Assembly: GCA_017516865.1 (NCBI GenBank) | Contig: JAFXAU010000025.1 | Span: forward strand, 57,971 to 121,970 | Origin: Bacteroidales bacterium | GTDB taxonomy: Bacteria > Bacteroidota > Bacteroidia > Bacteroidales > UBA1715 | Length of the DNA: 64,000 nt | Direction: 5' to 3' | Program-made: the position numbers and the translations under genes | In this document: positions 1 to 9,501 of the stretch, one piece after another | How the letters are laid out: each line of letters begins with the position of its first letter | Position numbering within the stretch: position 1 is the stretch's first letter | The notes under the pieces: model-generated | Told to the model about the DNA's origin: nothing | The model's input: the letters and a program-made list of their open reading frames with translations, nothing else | Databases searched by the model: none

Positions 1-14
1 ACAAAATAGGGAAG

Positions 15-3000
15 GTGCTCACGCATACCGAGGCTGCACGGATAATCACGCAGTTTTTCCCCGAAATTAAAGACACGTTACTCAATACGCTGGAACTTGC
101 CGACGATGCTTCGTTGGCTGACAATACTCTTGCCGTAGCTGCAATCAATCAAAAAATTGCAGCTCTCCGCCCGATTCCGTTCGAGTCGGCTATAGATTTT
201 AAGAAACTGCTTCGCTATTGGAAATATTTTGTTGCGTTGATTTTGATGATTGTACTTGTGTCAATCTTTTATCCGCGAGCCATTGCCGACGGGGCAAAAC
301 GTATTGTGAATCATAACGAGTTTTTCGAAAAACCGGCTCCGTTCACGTTTATTTTGGATAACGACACGTTGTCGGTGATAAAAGGCGATGATTTTACAAT
401 TTCAATGCACGTAGAAGGCCGCTTTGTACCAGAACGCATAAATATTTCAATCGGCGGAAATAACTTCTTAATGACGAGAAAAACGGCCTCGTCGTTTGAA
501 TATGTTCTCCGTGGTTGCAACAATTCAATACAGTTTTCATTTAATGCCGAGGACATTTCGTCGCAAGTGTTTCGGTTACAAGTATTTCCACTCCCGCAAT
601 TATTAAATTTCGGCATTTCTGCAACAGTTCCACAGTATACTGGTCTTGACAATGTAAATGTTTCAAATACAGGCGACATTACTATTCCTGCTGGGACAAA
701 CATTGTGTGGAACGTAGAAACTGCCGATGCCGATTCGTTGTTTTTTGTGACAGAAAACGGTGTTCAAACAGCATTTACTAAAAAAGATGGGCAATTTGTT
801 TTGAATCAGCGAATTATGCAGACAACTCCGTACACGTTAGTCGGAAAAAACAAATATCTCGACACGGTAGAAATAATTTCGTACACGTTTACTGTTATTC
901 CCGATTTGCGCCCGTCTATACAGGTTGAACAAAAGCAGGATAGTTCGCAGTATTTCACGTATTACTTTAAGGGAGAAATCCAAGATGATTATGGTTTTTC
1001 GTCGTTGGAATTTGTGTATTTTCTAAAAGACAAAGAATCAGAAGCCCAGCGTATTCCATTGGAATTTTCGCCGTCGACCGCACATCAACAATATTTCTAT
1101 ATGTTTGATTTCGCCCAATTTGCTAAAGGAGATGAGGTGAATTATTATTTCGAAGTGTTTGATAACGATGCTGTTAGTGGAAGAAAATCGGCACGTACGT
1201 CGACCTATAATTTTGTAATTCCTACGCAGGACGAGTTGGAAAAAATGCAGGAGGAATATTCCAAACAAATCGAATCGTCGTTTGAACAGTCTTCGTCGCT
1301 TACACAAGAATTGGTAAAGGATTTCGACAAATTGAAACAAAAATTGCTCAACGAAAATCTTTCCGACTGGGAACGACAACAGGTTCTCGATGAGATGAAG
1401 CAAAAGCAGGAGCAGATTAAGCAACAGGTGGAACAACTCACGCAGTCGCTCGAACAGAAAAACGACTTGCAAAACAAATTGTCGGAACGCGACGAGGAAA
1501 TTCTCCGCAAACAGAAGGAGATTGAAGATTTGTTGAATTCGTTGATGGACGATGAACTTCGTAAAATGATGGAGGAATTCAACCAAATGATGGAGAATTA
1601 CAACAAAGACGAGTTCATCAAGAAATCGGAGGAGATGAAGCTATCGTTCGAGGAGCTTTCCAAGCAGCTTGACCGCGATTTGGAATTGTTGAAGCGGATG
1701 GACGTTGAGGAGTCGGTTCAAAAGACAAGTGACCGTTTGCAGGAATTGGCAACAGAGCAACAAAAACTTGCCGAGGAATTGAAAAACGCTAAGAATCAAG
1801 AAGATATACAACAGAAGATAGACGAAATTTCTAAAGAATTGGAGTCCATAGAGAAAGAGTACAAAGATGCTCAAATGAAAAACGATGAATTACAGCAAAA
1901 GTTTGATTTACAGGATTTTGAACAACAATTCCAAGACATTCAAAATTCTATGGAACAGAGTAAGTCCGAGCAACAACAAGGTCAGCAGTCGAAGTCTTCA
2001 AAATCGATGAAAAAGGCTGCCGAACAGACACAGCAGTTGGCTCAGAGCATGCAAGGAATGATGCAACAGCAGATGGCTCAGCAAAATATGGAAGACATGG
2101 CTAATATGCGGCAAATTCTCGAAAACTTGATGACATTTTCGTTCCAACAGGAGGATTTGATGACGCAGACAGGCAAACTATCGTATGCCGATCCGAAATA
2201 TGCCGAGGTGGCATTTCAGCAGAATGTGTTGCGGGAAAATTTCAAAATCATAAAGGATTCATTATATGCGCTTAGTCTGCGTGTTCCGCAAATCTCGCAG
2301 ACTATCAACAACGAAATGTTGGAAATCTATAAAAACGGGAATGCGGTAATCGACCATCTTGAGCAGCGACAACGCGGACTTGCACGAATTAGTCAGCAAT
2401 ATATGATGACGTCGGCAAATAATTTAGCGTTGTTGTTTTCGGAAGTTTTGGAACAAATGCAACAACAGGCGGCACAACAAATGGAGGGGCAGCAACAGTG
2501 TCAGAATCCTAAAAACAGCGGAAAAGGTCAGAAACCGTCGTTCCAACAGATGAAACAAATGCAACAATCACTGAAAGAGCAAATGCAACAGATGATGCAG
2601 CAGATGAAAGATGGCGGAATGCCGTCGGGACAGATGCAGAAACAGTTGAGTGAGATGCTTATGAAAGAACAGATGCTGAAGCAATTGGGAAATCAAATGA
2701 TGAAAGAAGGTGAACTTTCACCCGAGGGTGTTCAACAATTGAAGGACATTCAGCGGTTGATGGACCAGACTGAGCGTGACATTGTGAATCAAAATATTAC
2801 TCCTCAGACGTTAATGCGTCAGGAACAAATTCTCACTCGTCTGCTCGAAGCTGACAAATCCGAGCGCGAACGCGATATGGATAAGGAACGCGAATCAAAG
2901 ACGGCAGTCGAAAAACCGTCGGAAAGCGCCAAGAAAATGTTTCGCCAGAGCGATGCCGAAAAACAGCAGTACGACGATGTCTTACAAGAAAATAGCGTGA

Positions 3001-3065
3001 AACTGAAACCACAGTATCAAAAGATTTATTCAGACTATATCATCAATCTGAACGAAGAAAAGTAG
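15..3065 (+). CDS. DUF4175-like large membrane-anchored coiled-coil protein (probably 5'-truncated by the window edge)
   Basis: One TM helix (YFVALILMIVLVSIFY), beta-rich region with DDYG and DNDAVSGRK motifs, long Q/M/E-rich coiled coil ending EQILTRLLEADKSERER; typical of Bacteroidota DUF4175 proteins. Confidence 0.7.
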   Translation: MLTHTEAARIITQFFPEIKDTLLNTLELADDASLADNTLAVAAINQKIAALRPIPFESAIDFKKLLRYWKYFVALILMIVLVSIFYPRAIADGAKRIVNHNEFFEKPAPFTFILDNDTLSVIKGDDFTISMHVEGRFVPERINISIGGNNFLMTRKTASSFEYVLRGCNNSIQFSFNAEDISSQVFRLQVFPLPQLLNFGISATVPQYTGLDNVNVSNTGDITIPAGTNIVWNVETADADSLFFVTENGVQTAFTKKDGQFVLNQRIMQTTPYTLVGKNKYLDTVEIISYTFTVIPDLRPSIQVEQKQDSSQYFTYYFKGEIQDDYGFSSLEFVYFLKDKESEAQRIPLEFSPSTAHQQYFYMFDFAQFAKGDEVNYYFEVFDNDAVSGRKSARTSTYNFVIPTQDELEKMQEEYSKQIESSFEQSSSLTQELVKDFDKLKQKLLNENLSDWERQQVLDEMKQKQEQIKQQVEQLTQSLEQKNDLQNKLSERDEEILRKQKEIEDLLNSLMDDELRKMMEEFNQMMENYNKDEFIKKSEEMKLSFEELSKQLDRDLELLKRMDVEESVQKTSDRLQELATEQQKLAEELKNAKNQEDIQQKIDEISKELESIEKEYKDAQMKNDELQQKFDLQDFEQQFQDIQNSMEQSKSEQQQGQQSKSSKSMKKAAEQTQQLAQSMQGMMQQQMAQQNMEDMANMRQILENLMTFSFQQEDLMTQTGKLSYADPKYAEVAFQQNVLRENFKIIKDSLYALSLRVPQISQTINNEMLEIYKNGNAVIDHLEQRQRGLARISQQYMMTSANNLALLFSEVLEQMQQQAAQQMEGQQQCQNPKNSGKGQKPSFQQMKQMQQSLKEQMQQMMQQMKDGGMPSGQMQKQLSEMLMKEQMLKQLGNQMMKEGELSPEGVQQLKDIQRLMDQTERDIVNQNITPQTLMRQEQILTRLLEADKSERERDMDKERESKTAVEKPSESAKKMFRQSDAEKQQYDDVLQENSVKLKPQYQKIYSDYIINLNEEK

Positions 3066-3070
3066 AAATC

Positions 3071-3706
3071 TTATTTGAAATTATTTAAAATCGTCTGCAT
3101 TTGTGCGGCCGTCAACTGACCAGCGGCGGAGCAATGTTGTTTGTCAATTGCGACAAATGTGAATGGACTGCCAAGGCATACGTTTGCGATACGTGAAATT
3201 TTTCCATTTTCTCCCATTGCCAGAGCAACTAAATTTTCGTATTCCGCATACAGCGAAAGAACTACCGCGCTATCGCGTTGTGAAAGGGCTGTAGTGGCAA
3301 CTTTTGCAATATCAGCCTTTTGCGAAAAACAAGTGTCTATAATGTTGCGTAATTCTTCAATAGATGGTGTATTTTCGTAATTGTGGTACGAAATAATTAC
3401 TTTGCAGCCGTGTTCGTGAGCAAACGAAATAATGTCGTTTTTAAACTCTGTCGCAGATTCTATTTCAACATCAACGTAGCAAGCTCCAGAAAGAATGGCT
3501 GTTTTCAATAGCAATGACCGCTGTTCGTCGTTGCAGTAGTCGGGTCGGCAAGTTGCAATTGTAGGGTGCGAAATATTCGAAAACACTGATTTGACGGTGT
3601 TTTCGTCCAATTCACATAAATCTATACGAATTTCTGCCATTTCGGCGGAATTTGCAATCTGGACTACAGATTCAGGGCTCTTTTCAACAACACTAACGCA
3701 AATCAT
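3071..3706 (-). CDS. aroD: Type I 3-dehydroquinate dehydratase
   Basis: EIRID, IISYHNYENTP, ADIAKVA, AMGENGKISR and AAGQ motifs; last gene of aro operon. Confidence 0.93.
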   Translation of the reverse strand: MICVSVVEKSPESVVQIANSAEMAEIRIDLCELDENTVKSVFSNISHPTIATCRPDYCNDEQRSLLLKTAILSGACYVDVEIESATEFKNDIISFAHEHGCKVIISYHNYENTPSIEELRNIIDTCFSQKADIAKVATTALSQRDSAVVLSLYAEYENLVALAMGENGKISRIANVCLGSPFTFVAIDKQHCSAAGQLTAAQMQTILNNFK

Positions 3707-4727
3707 TGACTACACGTTCTAATTCATCATAGGTTATTTTTTCGACAGAGCAAGCTCCAATGCCTGTCAGATATACAAAGTGTACGCCGTTGCCTTCGCG
3801 TTTTTTGTCGCTTTTCATAAGTTTGAGCAATTCAGAGCCATCGACGTTGCATGAAATTGGCATACCTAAATTTGAAAGCAAGGTTATCAATCTTGCACAG
3901 TCTGATTCTTTCATTTTCCCTTTCAAGACAGACAATTTTGCCGCGTAGACCATTCCTACGGAAACTGCACAGCCATGGGGCAGATGTGTAATCTTTTCTA
4001 TGGCGTGGCCGAATGTGTGACCGAAATTGAAAATTCTTCGTAATCCCGATTCCCGTGCATCTTGACTTACAATCTTAGCTTTAATCACAACCGACTCGTA
4101 CACAAGATTTTCAAGTACATCGAGCGAGAAATTTTTTATTTCCTGGATATGCGATTCAATATAAGAAAACAGCGATTCGCTATAAATTGCCCCGTATTTC
4201 ACGACCTCTCCCATTCCACTCAGCAATTCCTCTTGTGGCAGCGATTTTAGAATTTCTAATTCGCAAATCACAAATTTTGGAAGATTGAATGTGCCGATGA
4301 TGTTTTTGATGCCTCGGAAGTTCACGCCATTTTTGCCTCCCACACTTGCATCAACTTGACCAAGCAATGTTGTTGAAACAAATCCGAATTGCACACCGCG
4401 CATGAAAATTGTGGCGATAAAACCGCTCATGTCGCAAACAATTCCGCCGCCTATGCCTAAAATGAACGATGAACGGTCGAATTCCGCCTCTATCAATTGT
4501 TCAAAAATCACGTCAAGCGACTGAAGACATTTGTTTGATTCTCCTTGTGGAATTTCAAGAACAATATCGGCTTGCGGAAATTTGTCGCCGTACAATTTGT
4601 GAATGACAGGATCGGTTATGATGGCAATCTTTCCTGTTTTAGGTAGGTACTTGGAAACATTTGTAAGCGTTTCGCCTACAAATATTTCCGATTTCCCTAT
4701 GGAACTTTGTATTTCGAGTCTCTTCAT
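3693..4727 (-). CDS. aroB: 3-dehydroquinate synthase
   Basis: GGGIVCDMSGF, TTLLGQVDASVGGKNGVN, NFGHTFGHAIE, HGCAV and DKK motifs. Confidence 0.97.
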   Translation of the reverse strand: MKRLEIQSSIGKSEIFVGETLTNVSKYLPKTGKIAIITDPVIHKLYGDKFPQADIVLEIPQGESNKCLQSLDVIFEQLIEAEFDRSSFILGIGGGIVCDMSGFIATIFMRGVQFGFVSTTLLGQVDASVGGKNGVNFRGIKNIIGTFNLPKFVICELEILKSLPQEELLSGMGEVVKYGAIYSESLFSYIESHIQEIKNFSLDVLENLVYESVVIKAKIVSQDARESGLRRIFNFGHTFGHAIEKITHLPHGCAVSVGMVYAAKLSVLKGKMKESDCARLITLLSNLGMPISCNVDGSELLKLMKSDKKREGNGVHFVYLTGIGACSVEKITYDELERVVNDLR

Positions 4728-4743
4728 TTTTGCCTAATTTCGG

Positions 4744-5817
4744 CTACGAATTTACAATTTCCGTTTGAATATTGATTGATTCTTGGTGAATTGCTTTAAA
4801 AGTTTTTTCAATCAACTCGTTGCTCAAGCCTTTTTCAGCACCACGAGCAAGTTTGTCGGTCAAGATTTGGTCCCAACGATGTGACTGGAACACTTGCACA
4901 TTGTTTTCCTTTTTCGTCTTACCCATTTCGCGGCACACGTCCATACGTTTCGAAAGTGTGTCGAGCAACATTTCGTCAAGCACGTCGATTTTTGCACGGA
5001 GTTCGCTCATAACTTCCTTGTAATCAGCGTTATTCGTTCCACGTTCACGAACAACCAAACTGTTGAGGATTTCGCCTAAATCTTTCGGTGTGAATTGTTG
5101 TTTCGAGTCGCTCAACGCCACATCAGGATTGCAGTGCGATTCAATAATCAAACCATTTGCACCCAAATCCAACGATTTTTGAGCCAATTCCTGGACATAT
5201 TCGCGTTTTCCTGCCATGTGGCTTGGGTCGCAGATAATTGGCAATTCAGGGATTCGGCGATGTAATTCAATCGCCATCTGCCATTGCGGAGCGTTGCGGT
5301 ATTTTATTTTTTCGAACGATGAAAAACCACGGTGAATGGCACCGAGTTTCGTGATTCCAGCACCGGCAATTCGCTCGAAAGCACCAATCCACAATTCCAA
5401 GTCGGGATTGATAGGATTCTTGATAAGCACAGGAATGTCAACGCCCTTCAGCTCATTGGCAATTTCTTGCACGGCAAACGGATTCACCGTCGTACGGGCG
5501 CCAATCCAAAGAATGTCAACACCCATTTTCAATGCCTCGTTCACGTGTTTCTGGCACGCAACTTCGGTTGCCGTAAGCATTCCGTATTCTTTTTTAACAC
5601 GTTTCAACCACGCCAATCCTTCAAATCCTACGCCTTCGAATGAATTTGGACGAGTGCGAGGTTTCCAAATACCTGCACGGAAAATTTGCACACCAAGTTC
5701 TTTCAATCCTTTGGCAGTTTCCATTACCTGCTCTTCTGATTCTGCACTACATGGGCCTGCTATGATTACAGGACGCTTTGCGTTAATACCCCATGTTTCT
5801 ATACTATCTACTTTCAT
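4744..5817 (-). CDS. Bifunctional DAHP synthase (I-beta) / chorismate mutase (AroQ)
   Basis: IAGPCSAES, KPRT, WIGART, DPSH; C-terminal LRAKIDVLDE...KRM chorismate mutase helix. Confidence 0.93.
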   Translation of the reverse strand: MKVDSIETWGINAKRPVIIAGPCSAESEEQVMETAKGLKELGVQIFRAGIWKPRTRPNSFEGVGFEGLAWLKRVKKEYGMLTATEVACQKHVNEALKMGVDILWIGARTTVNPFAVQEIANELKGVDIPVLIKNPINPDLELWIGAFERIAGAGITKLGAIHRGFSSFEKIKYRNAPQWQMAIELHRRIPELPIICDPSHMAGKREYVQELAQKSLDLGANGLIIESHCNPDVALSDSKQQFTPKDLGEILNSLVVRERGTNNADYKEVMSELRAKIDVLDEMLLDTLSKRMDVCREMGKTKKENNVQVFQSHRWDQILTDKLARGAEKGLSNELIEKTFKAIHQESINIQTEIVNS

Positions 5818-5841
5818 ATAATTAAATATTTATTTTTTGTT

Positions 5842-5869
5842 GAAGAGACGCGATTAATCGCGTCTCTTC
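5842..5869. repeat. 28-bp perfect palindrome, REP-like family (GAAGAGACGCGATTAATCGCGTCTCTTC)
   Basis: Perfect palindrome between tyrA and the DAHP/CM gene; matches the copy at 32484-32511 except one terminal base pair. Confidence 0.85.
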
Positions 5870-5878
5870 GATTATACA

Positions 5879-6721
5879 TTATCCTTTTAATACGTCTTTA
5901 ATTCTATTTGCTTCTTTTATTTCGTCGTACAATTCTTTTGTCTTGTCTTCGGCAATCAATTGTTTGAAATGATTCAGCACGTCAATGTATTTGTCGATTG
6001 AATCCGTCAGGAAGCGGGCGTTTTGGCGGAAAATCGGCGTCCACATTGCTGACGAACTTTTTGCGATTCGCACGGTTGATGCGAAACCACTGCCAGCCAT
6101 TTCGAAGATTTTCTTTTCCTCGTTTTTCTCAATTTCCTGAACCGTCAAACTCAATGCGTAGGCAATCACGTGCGTAAGGTGCGACACATAGGCAATGTGT
6201 TTGTCGTGGTCTTCGGCCGACATATATAATACGCTCATTCCTAACAATTTGTATAGCATTAAGGCACGTTTCAAGGCAAAATCGCTGCTCAATTCCTTTT
6301 CGCAAATAATTGCTTTTTTGTCTTTGAACAAACCGACCAAAGCCGCTGTAGGTCCCGAAAATTCCGTTCCCGCCATAGGGTGCGAAGCCACGAAATTTCC
6401 TCGGCGAGGGTGATTGCGTACTTTGCCACAAATGCCTGCTTTTGTCGAACCAGTGTCGATTACGACAGCGTCGTCGCGGATGTTGTCGAGAATTGACGGA
6501 AGCATTTCACGAGCAGCGTCGACAGGTATTGAGATTATGATTAAATCGGCAATCTGAACGGCCTGTTCCAATGGCATTGCCATATCGATAATGCCAAGCT
6601 CCATTGCTTTTTTCAGGTTTTCCTCGCTGGCATCAACGCCAATGATTTTGGTCTCGAAGCCACGGGCGGAAAGCGCCATAGAGCCGCCAATCAAACCTGT
6701 TCCTATAACTACAATATTCAT
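5879..6721 (-). CDS. tyrA: Prephenate dehydrogenase
   Basis: VIGTGLIGGS NAD-binding motif, DTGSTK, HPMAGTE, HDKHIAYVSHL. Confidence 0.95.
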   Translation of the reverse strand: MNIVVIGTGLIGGSMALSARGFETKIIGVDASEENLKKAMELGIIDMAMPLEQAVQIADLIIISIPVDAAREMLPSILDNIRDDAVVIDTGSTKAGICGKVRNHPRRGNFVASHPMAGTEFSGPTAALVGLFKDKKAIICEKELSSDFALKRALMLYKLLGMSVLYMSAEDHDKHIAYVSHLTHVIAYALSLTVQEIEKNEEKKIFEMAGSGFASTVRIAKSSSAMWTPIFRQNARFLTDSIDKYIDVLNHFKQLIAEDKTKELYDEIKEANRIKDVLKG

Positions 6722-6722
6722 A

Positions 6723-7559
6723 TTAGTTCAAAATTTCGTAATTGAATTTTTCATCACGTTTATATTCTCCCAAGACCGAAAGATTCGAAACCACCTTGAG
6801 CACTGCGGCCAATGCGGCGTCGAACTTGTTTTTGTCCTTCCATTCCAAATCTACGTAGAACGTGTATTGGTAAGGACTTCCCAAAATAGGAAGTGATTGG
6901 ATTTTGGTAAGATTTATTTCGTGTTGCTTGAATGCCGCCAACACATCGACCAACGAGCCCGGCTGATGCGACAATTCAAAACAAATCGATGCCTTGTTGT
7001 TTTCCTCGCTATCGACGGGAATGCGGCTCAGGGCAAGAAAACGCGTGTAGTTTTTCTTATGCGTCTGAATGTTTCTTGCCAAAATCTCAAGACCGTATAA
7101 ATCGGCAGCATATTCACTTGCGATTGCTGCTGCATTGGTAAGTTTCTCTTCCTTGATTTTCTGTGCGCTCGAAGCCGTGTCGGACCAGTTGATGATTTTC
7201 ATATCAGGATAGTTGTCGAGAAAATCCTTGCTTTGCTGGATTGCGATGGGATGAGAATACACCTCGTGAATGTCCTCGATTTTCGTGCCCGGCAATACCA
7301 TAAGATTTTGTGTGATGTGCAGTGAAATCTCACCGATGATTTTCAGCTTTGAACGTTTGAGCAACAAATAATTTTCGAGAATGCTGCCCGCTATTGTATT
7401 TTCTATGGCACAAATGCCGTAATCGGCAGTGCCGTGCTCCACAGCCGAAAACAAATCCTTGAACTGGTTGCAGTTGAGCGTTGTAATGTCGTCGCCGAAA
7501 TATTCTTTGGCGGCTATTTCGTGGAATGCTCCGTTCACACCTTGAATTGCAATTTTCAT
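6723..7559 (-). CDS. pheA: Prephenate dehydratase with C-terminal ACT domain
   Basis: IAIQGVNGAFHE, IENTIAGS, SHPIA, NYTRF, NLTKIQSLP; ATG 7559 preferred because the track's TTG 7574 lies in the attenuator U-tract. Confidence 0.95.
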   Translation of the reverse strand: MKIAIQGVNGAFHEIAAKEYFGDDITTLNCNQFKDLFSAVEHGTADYGICAIENTIAGSILENYLLLKRSKLKIIGEISLHITQNLMVLPGTKIEDIHEVYSHPIAIQQSKDFLDNYPDMKIINWSDTASSAQKIKEEKLTNAAAIASEYAADLYGLEILARNIQTHKKNYTRFLALSRIPVDSEENNKASICFELSHQPGSLVDVLAAFKQHEINLTKIQSLPILGSPYQYTFYVDLEWKDKNKFDAALAAVLKVVSNLSVLGEYKRDEKFNYEILN

Positions 7560-7572
7560 ATTTCTATTATTC

Positions 7573-7605
7573 AAAAAAAAAAGCCCCGATTTTCATCGAG
7601 GCTTT
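7573..7605 (-). terminator. Attenuator terminator hairpin upstream of pheA
   Basis: Minus strand AAAGCCTCGAT-GAAA-ATCGGGGCTTT followed by a long T run. Confidence 0.9.
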
Positions 7606-7629
7606 GTTTATACAATCGTATTTATTCAA

Positions 7630-7707
7630 TTACATACACACAGCCTCGCTTTTACTGCTAAAGTAAAAGTAAAAGTAGAAGAAGTATGCGTATGCACTGT
7701 TAATCAT
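7630..7707 (-). CDS. Phe/Tyr-rich attenuator leader peptide MINSAYAYFFYFYFYFSSKSEAVCM (25 aa)
   Basis: Translated by hand; 5 Tyr and 5 Phe codons within residues 6-16; lies directly upstream of the terminator and pheA; contains CGAGGCT complementary to the terminator 5' arm. Confidence 0.9.
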   Translation of the reverse strand: MINSAYAYFFYFYFYFSSKSEAVCM

Positions 7708-7715
7708 TGGAATTC

Positions 7716-8417
7716 TTATTTATTAGTGAATTTAATTGCTGCATAAGCTACGAAACGTTCAGTAGCAGGGTTCAATGTCACACCACCTTTGATTGGAAGA
7801 GAGAAGTTGTCGTTGATTTTGATAGCAGTTTCTTTTTCCAAACCGATGTTACAGATTGCGAAGTCGCCACCGTTACCCCATACTGGGCTTGTAGTGTAAA
7901 TACCTTCGCCGGCACCAAGAGTTACTTTGAAAATATCGAAGTCGTATGCAAGGTGACCGTAGAAGTCAACTTTCTTATCTTCCATGAAGTTCAATGCAAC
8001 GAAGAATTGCAATTTACCATAATCGTAACGGATAGCTGGTTCAATTGTGTGAGTTTTTGCGATGTTGTCGAAGTTTACACCCAACCAGTTACCGCCCTTA
8101 TAGTAGTCAGTCAATTCAATTGACAAATCAAATGGGAAACGATATTTTGCATAGATATTGCTTTCGAAACCTAATTCTTCGCCTGTACACATTGTACCTT
8201 CTGCACCGATTGCGAATCCGCCAGCAGCTATTTCGAATGTAGGTTTGAATGCTGGTCCTGAACCAACTTGGATACCACGCCAAACTTCAGATGATTTAAT
8301 TTCTAATCCAACGTTGCATTTTGTATTGCAACTGCTTTTTGCTTCTTGTGCTGAAACGCTCATTGTACCGAATACAGCGGTAGCAATTAGAGCAAGGTTC
8401 AATAAAATTTTTCTCAT
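7716..8417 (-). CDS. Outer-membrane beta-barrel protein, TorF/Gcw-chp putative porin-like
   Basis: Signal peptide MRKILLNLALIATAVFGTMSVSA, SxxVWRG...GPAFKP start, ELTDYY, alternating aromatic strands, LNPATE..F near C-terminus; start ATG 8417. Confidence 0.6.
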   Translation of the reverse strand: MRKILLNLALIATAVFGTMSVSAQEAKSSCNTKCNVGLEIKSSEVWRGIQVGSGPAFKPTFEIAAGGFAIGAEGTMCTGEELGFESNIYAKYRFPFDLSIELTDYYKGGNWLGVNFDNIAKTHTIEPAIRYDYGKLQFFVALNFMEDKKVDFYGHLAYDFDIFKVTLGAGEGIYTTSPVWGNGGDFAICNIGLEKETAIKINDNFSLPIKGGVTLNPATERFVAYAAIKFTNK

Positions 8418-8512
8418 TGTCGTATAACCTTTAAAATTTTTTTGCAAATCTATAACTTTTACGAAAAAAAAAAGTATTTCCGTGAAAATTTTCGATAAAT
8501 TACTCATTTATT

Positions 8513-8520
8513 TATATTTG
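8513..8520 (+). promoter_or_regulatory. Bacteroidota -7 box TATATTTG; a divergent TAGATTTG lies on the minus strand near 8445-8452
   Basis: Matches TAnnTTTG upstream of each divergent gene. Confidence 0.6.
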
Positions 8521-8544
8521 CTCAAATTTTAACCTTTTTTGATT

Positions 8545-9369
8545 ATGAAAAAAATAGTACTTCTTTTGATTGGTTTAAGTGTTTCGGTTTTTGCCGCAAA
8601 TGCTCAAGGAAAATTATTGAACAAAGCTCTCAACGCTGCTGGGCAAGGCGTTACGAATGCCATTACGAAAAAAGTGGAATCGGTGGCCGAAAAACAAATG
8701 GAAGTCTATTTGAATAAGAAGCTGAGTGCGTACGAACAACATCTTACCGAAGAAAACAAAAAATACCAGGCAGCGATGGGTGCTTGGCAAGATTCGCTCA
8801 TAGCAATGACATCGGTGCCGTTCGAAGACGAATATGTGTTCAACACGTTGGTGAATAGCGAGGTTGTAATGGTTAACGAGCAGGGCGAGAAAGAAACGCT
8901 TGCTTGCACATATTATATGAATAAAGATGCCGAATATTTTGGTTACGGTGTTGAAAACATGATAACCGTGATGGACTACAAAAACAACGTGATGGTTTGT
9001 TTTTCGTCTGACGAAAAGGGCAAAGTTTATTTTGCGTACAAGAATGCCGCTACGCAAACTGTCGTTGCCGACGATGCTGTAGAAAAACTTTCGGGAAGCA
9101 AAACAATTTGTGGATATAGCTGTTCGGGCTACAAAACAATAAACCCAATGTACAATGGAACATGCTGGGCTTCGACAAGCGACGATTTTGCCATGAATTA
9201 CACAAATCTGTATCTGCCAAAAACGAGCTATGGCTTTCCGCTCTATATGGAAGGAACCGTTTATGGCGACAATGGCCAGAAGTTAGATTACACGGCCGAA
9301 GCCAAAAGCGTTAAAAAGAACGAGAAATTCACTATTCGCAAAGCAGATTACAAGAATATGTTCGAGTAG
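8545..9369 (+). CDS. Secreted protein, DUF4412-like
   Basis: Signal peptide MKKIVLLLIGLSVSVFAANA; GSKTICGYSCSGY motif resembles DUF4412/GLPGLI-type domains. Confidence 0.55.
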   Translation: MKKIVLLLIGLSVSVFAANAQGKLLNKALNAAGQGVTNAITKKVESVAEKQMEVYLNKKLSAYEQHLTEENKKYQAAMGAWQDSLIAMTSVPFEDEYVFNTLVNSEVVMVNEQGEKETLACTYYMNKDAEYFGYGVENMITVMDYKNNVMVCFSSDEKGKVYFAYKNAATQTVVADDAVEKLSGSKTICGYSCSGYKTINPMYNGTCWASTSDDFAMNYTNLYLPKTSYGFPLYMEGTVYGDNGQKLDYTAEAKSVKKNEKFTIRKADYKNMFE

Positions 9370-9501
9370 TAAATTCAACAACAAGTCATAAGAATCGAAA
9401 AATATACAGTAGTATTTATTATATGTTTATTGAATAATTTTATGAAATAGAAAACAAAGTAGAAATTAACCATAGTATTTGAGCTTTGTGCTCTTATTCT
9501 C

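Noticed and set aside
1950-2700. CAG/CAA-rich low-complexity stretch as a repeat element
   Set aside because: Simply encodes the Q/M-rich coiled coil normal for this protein family
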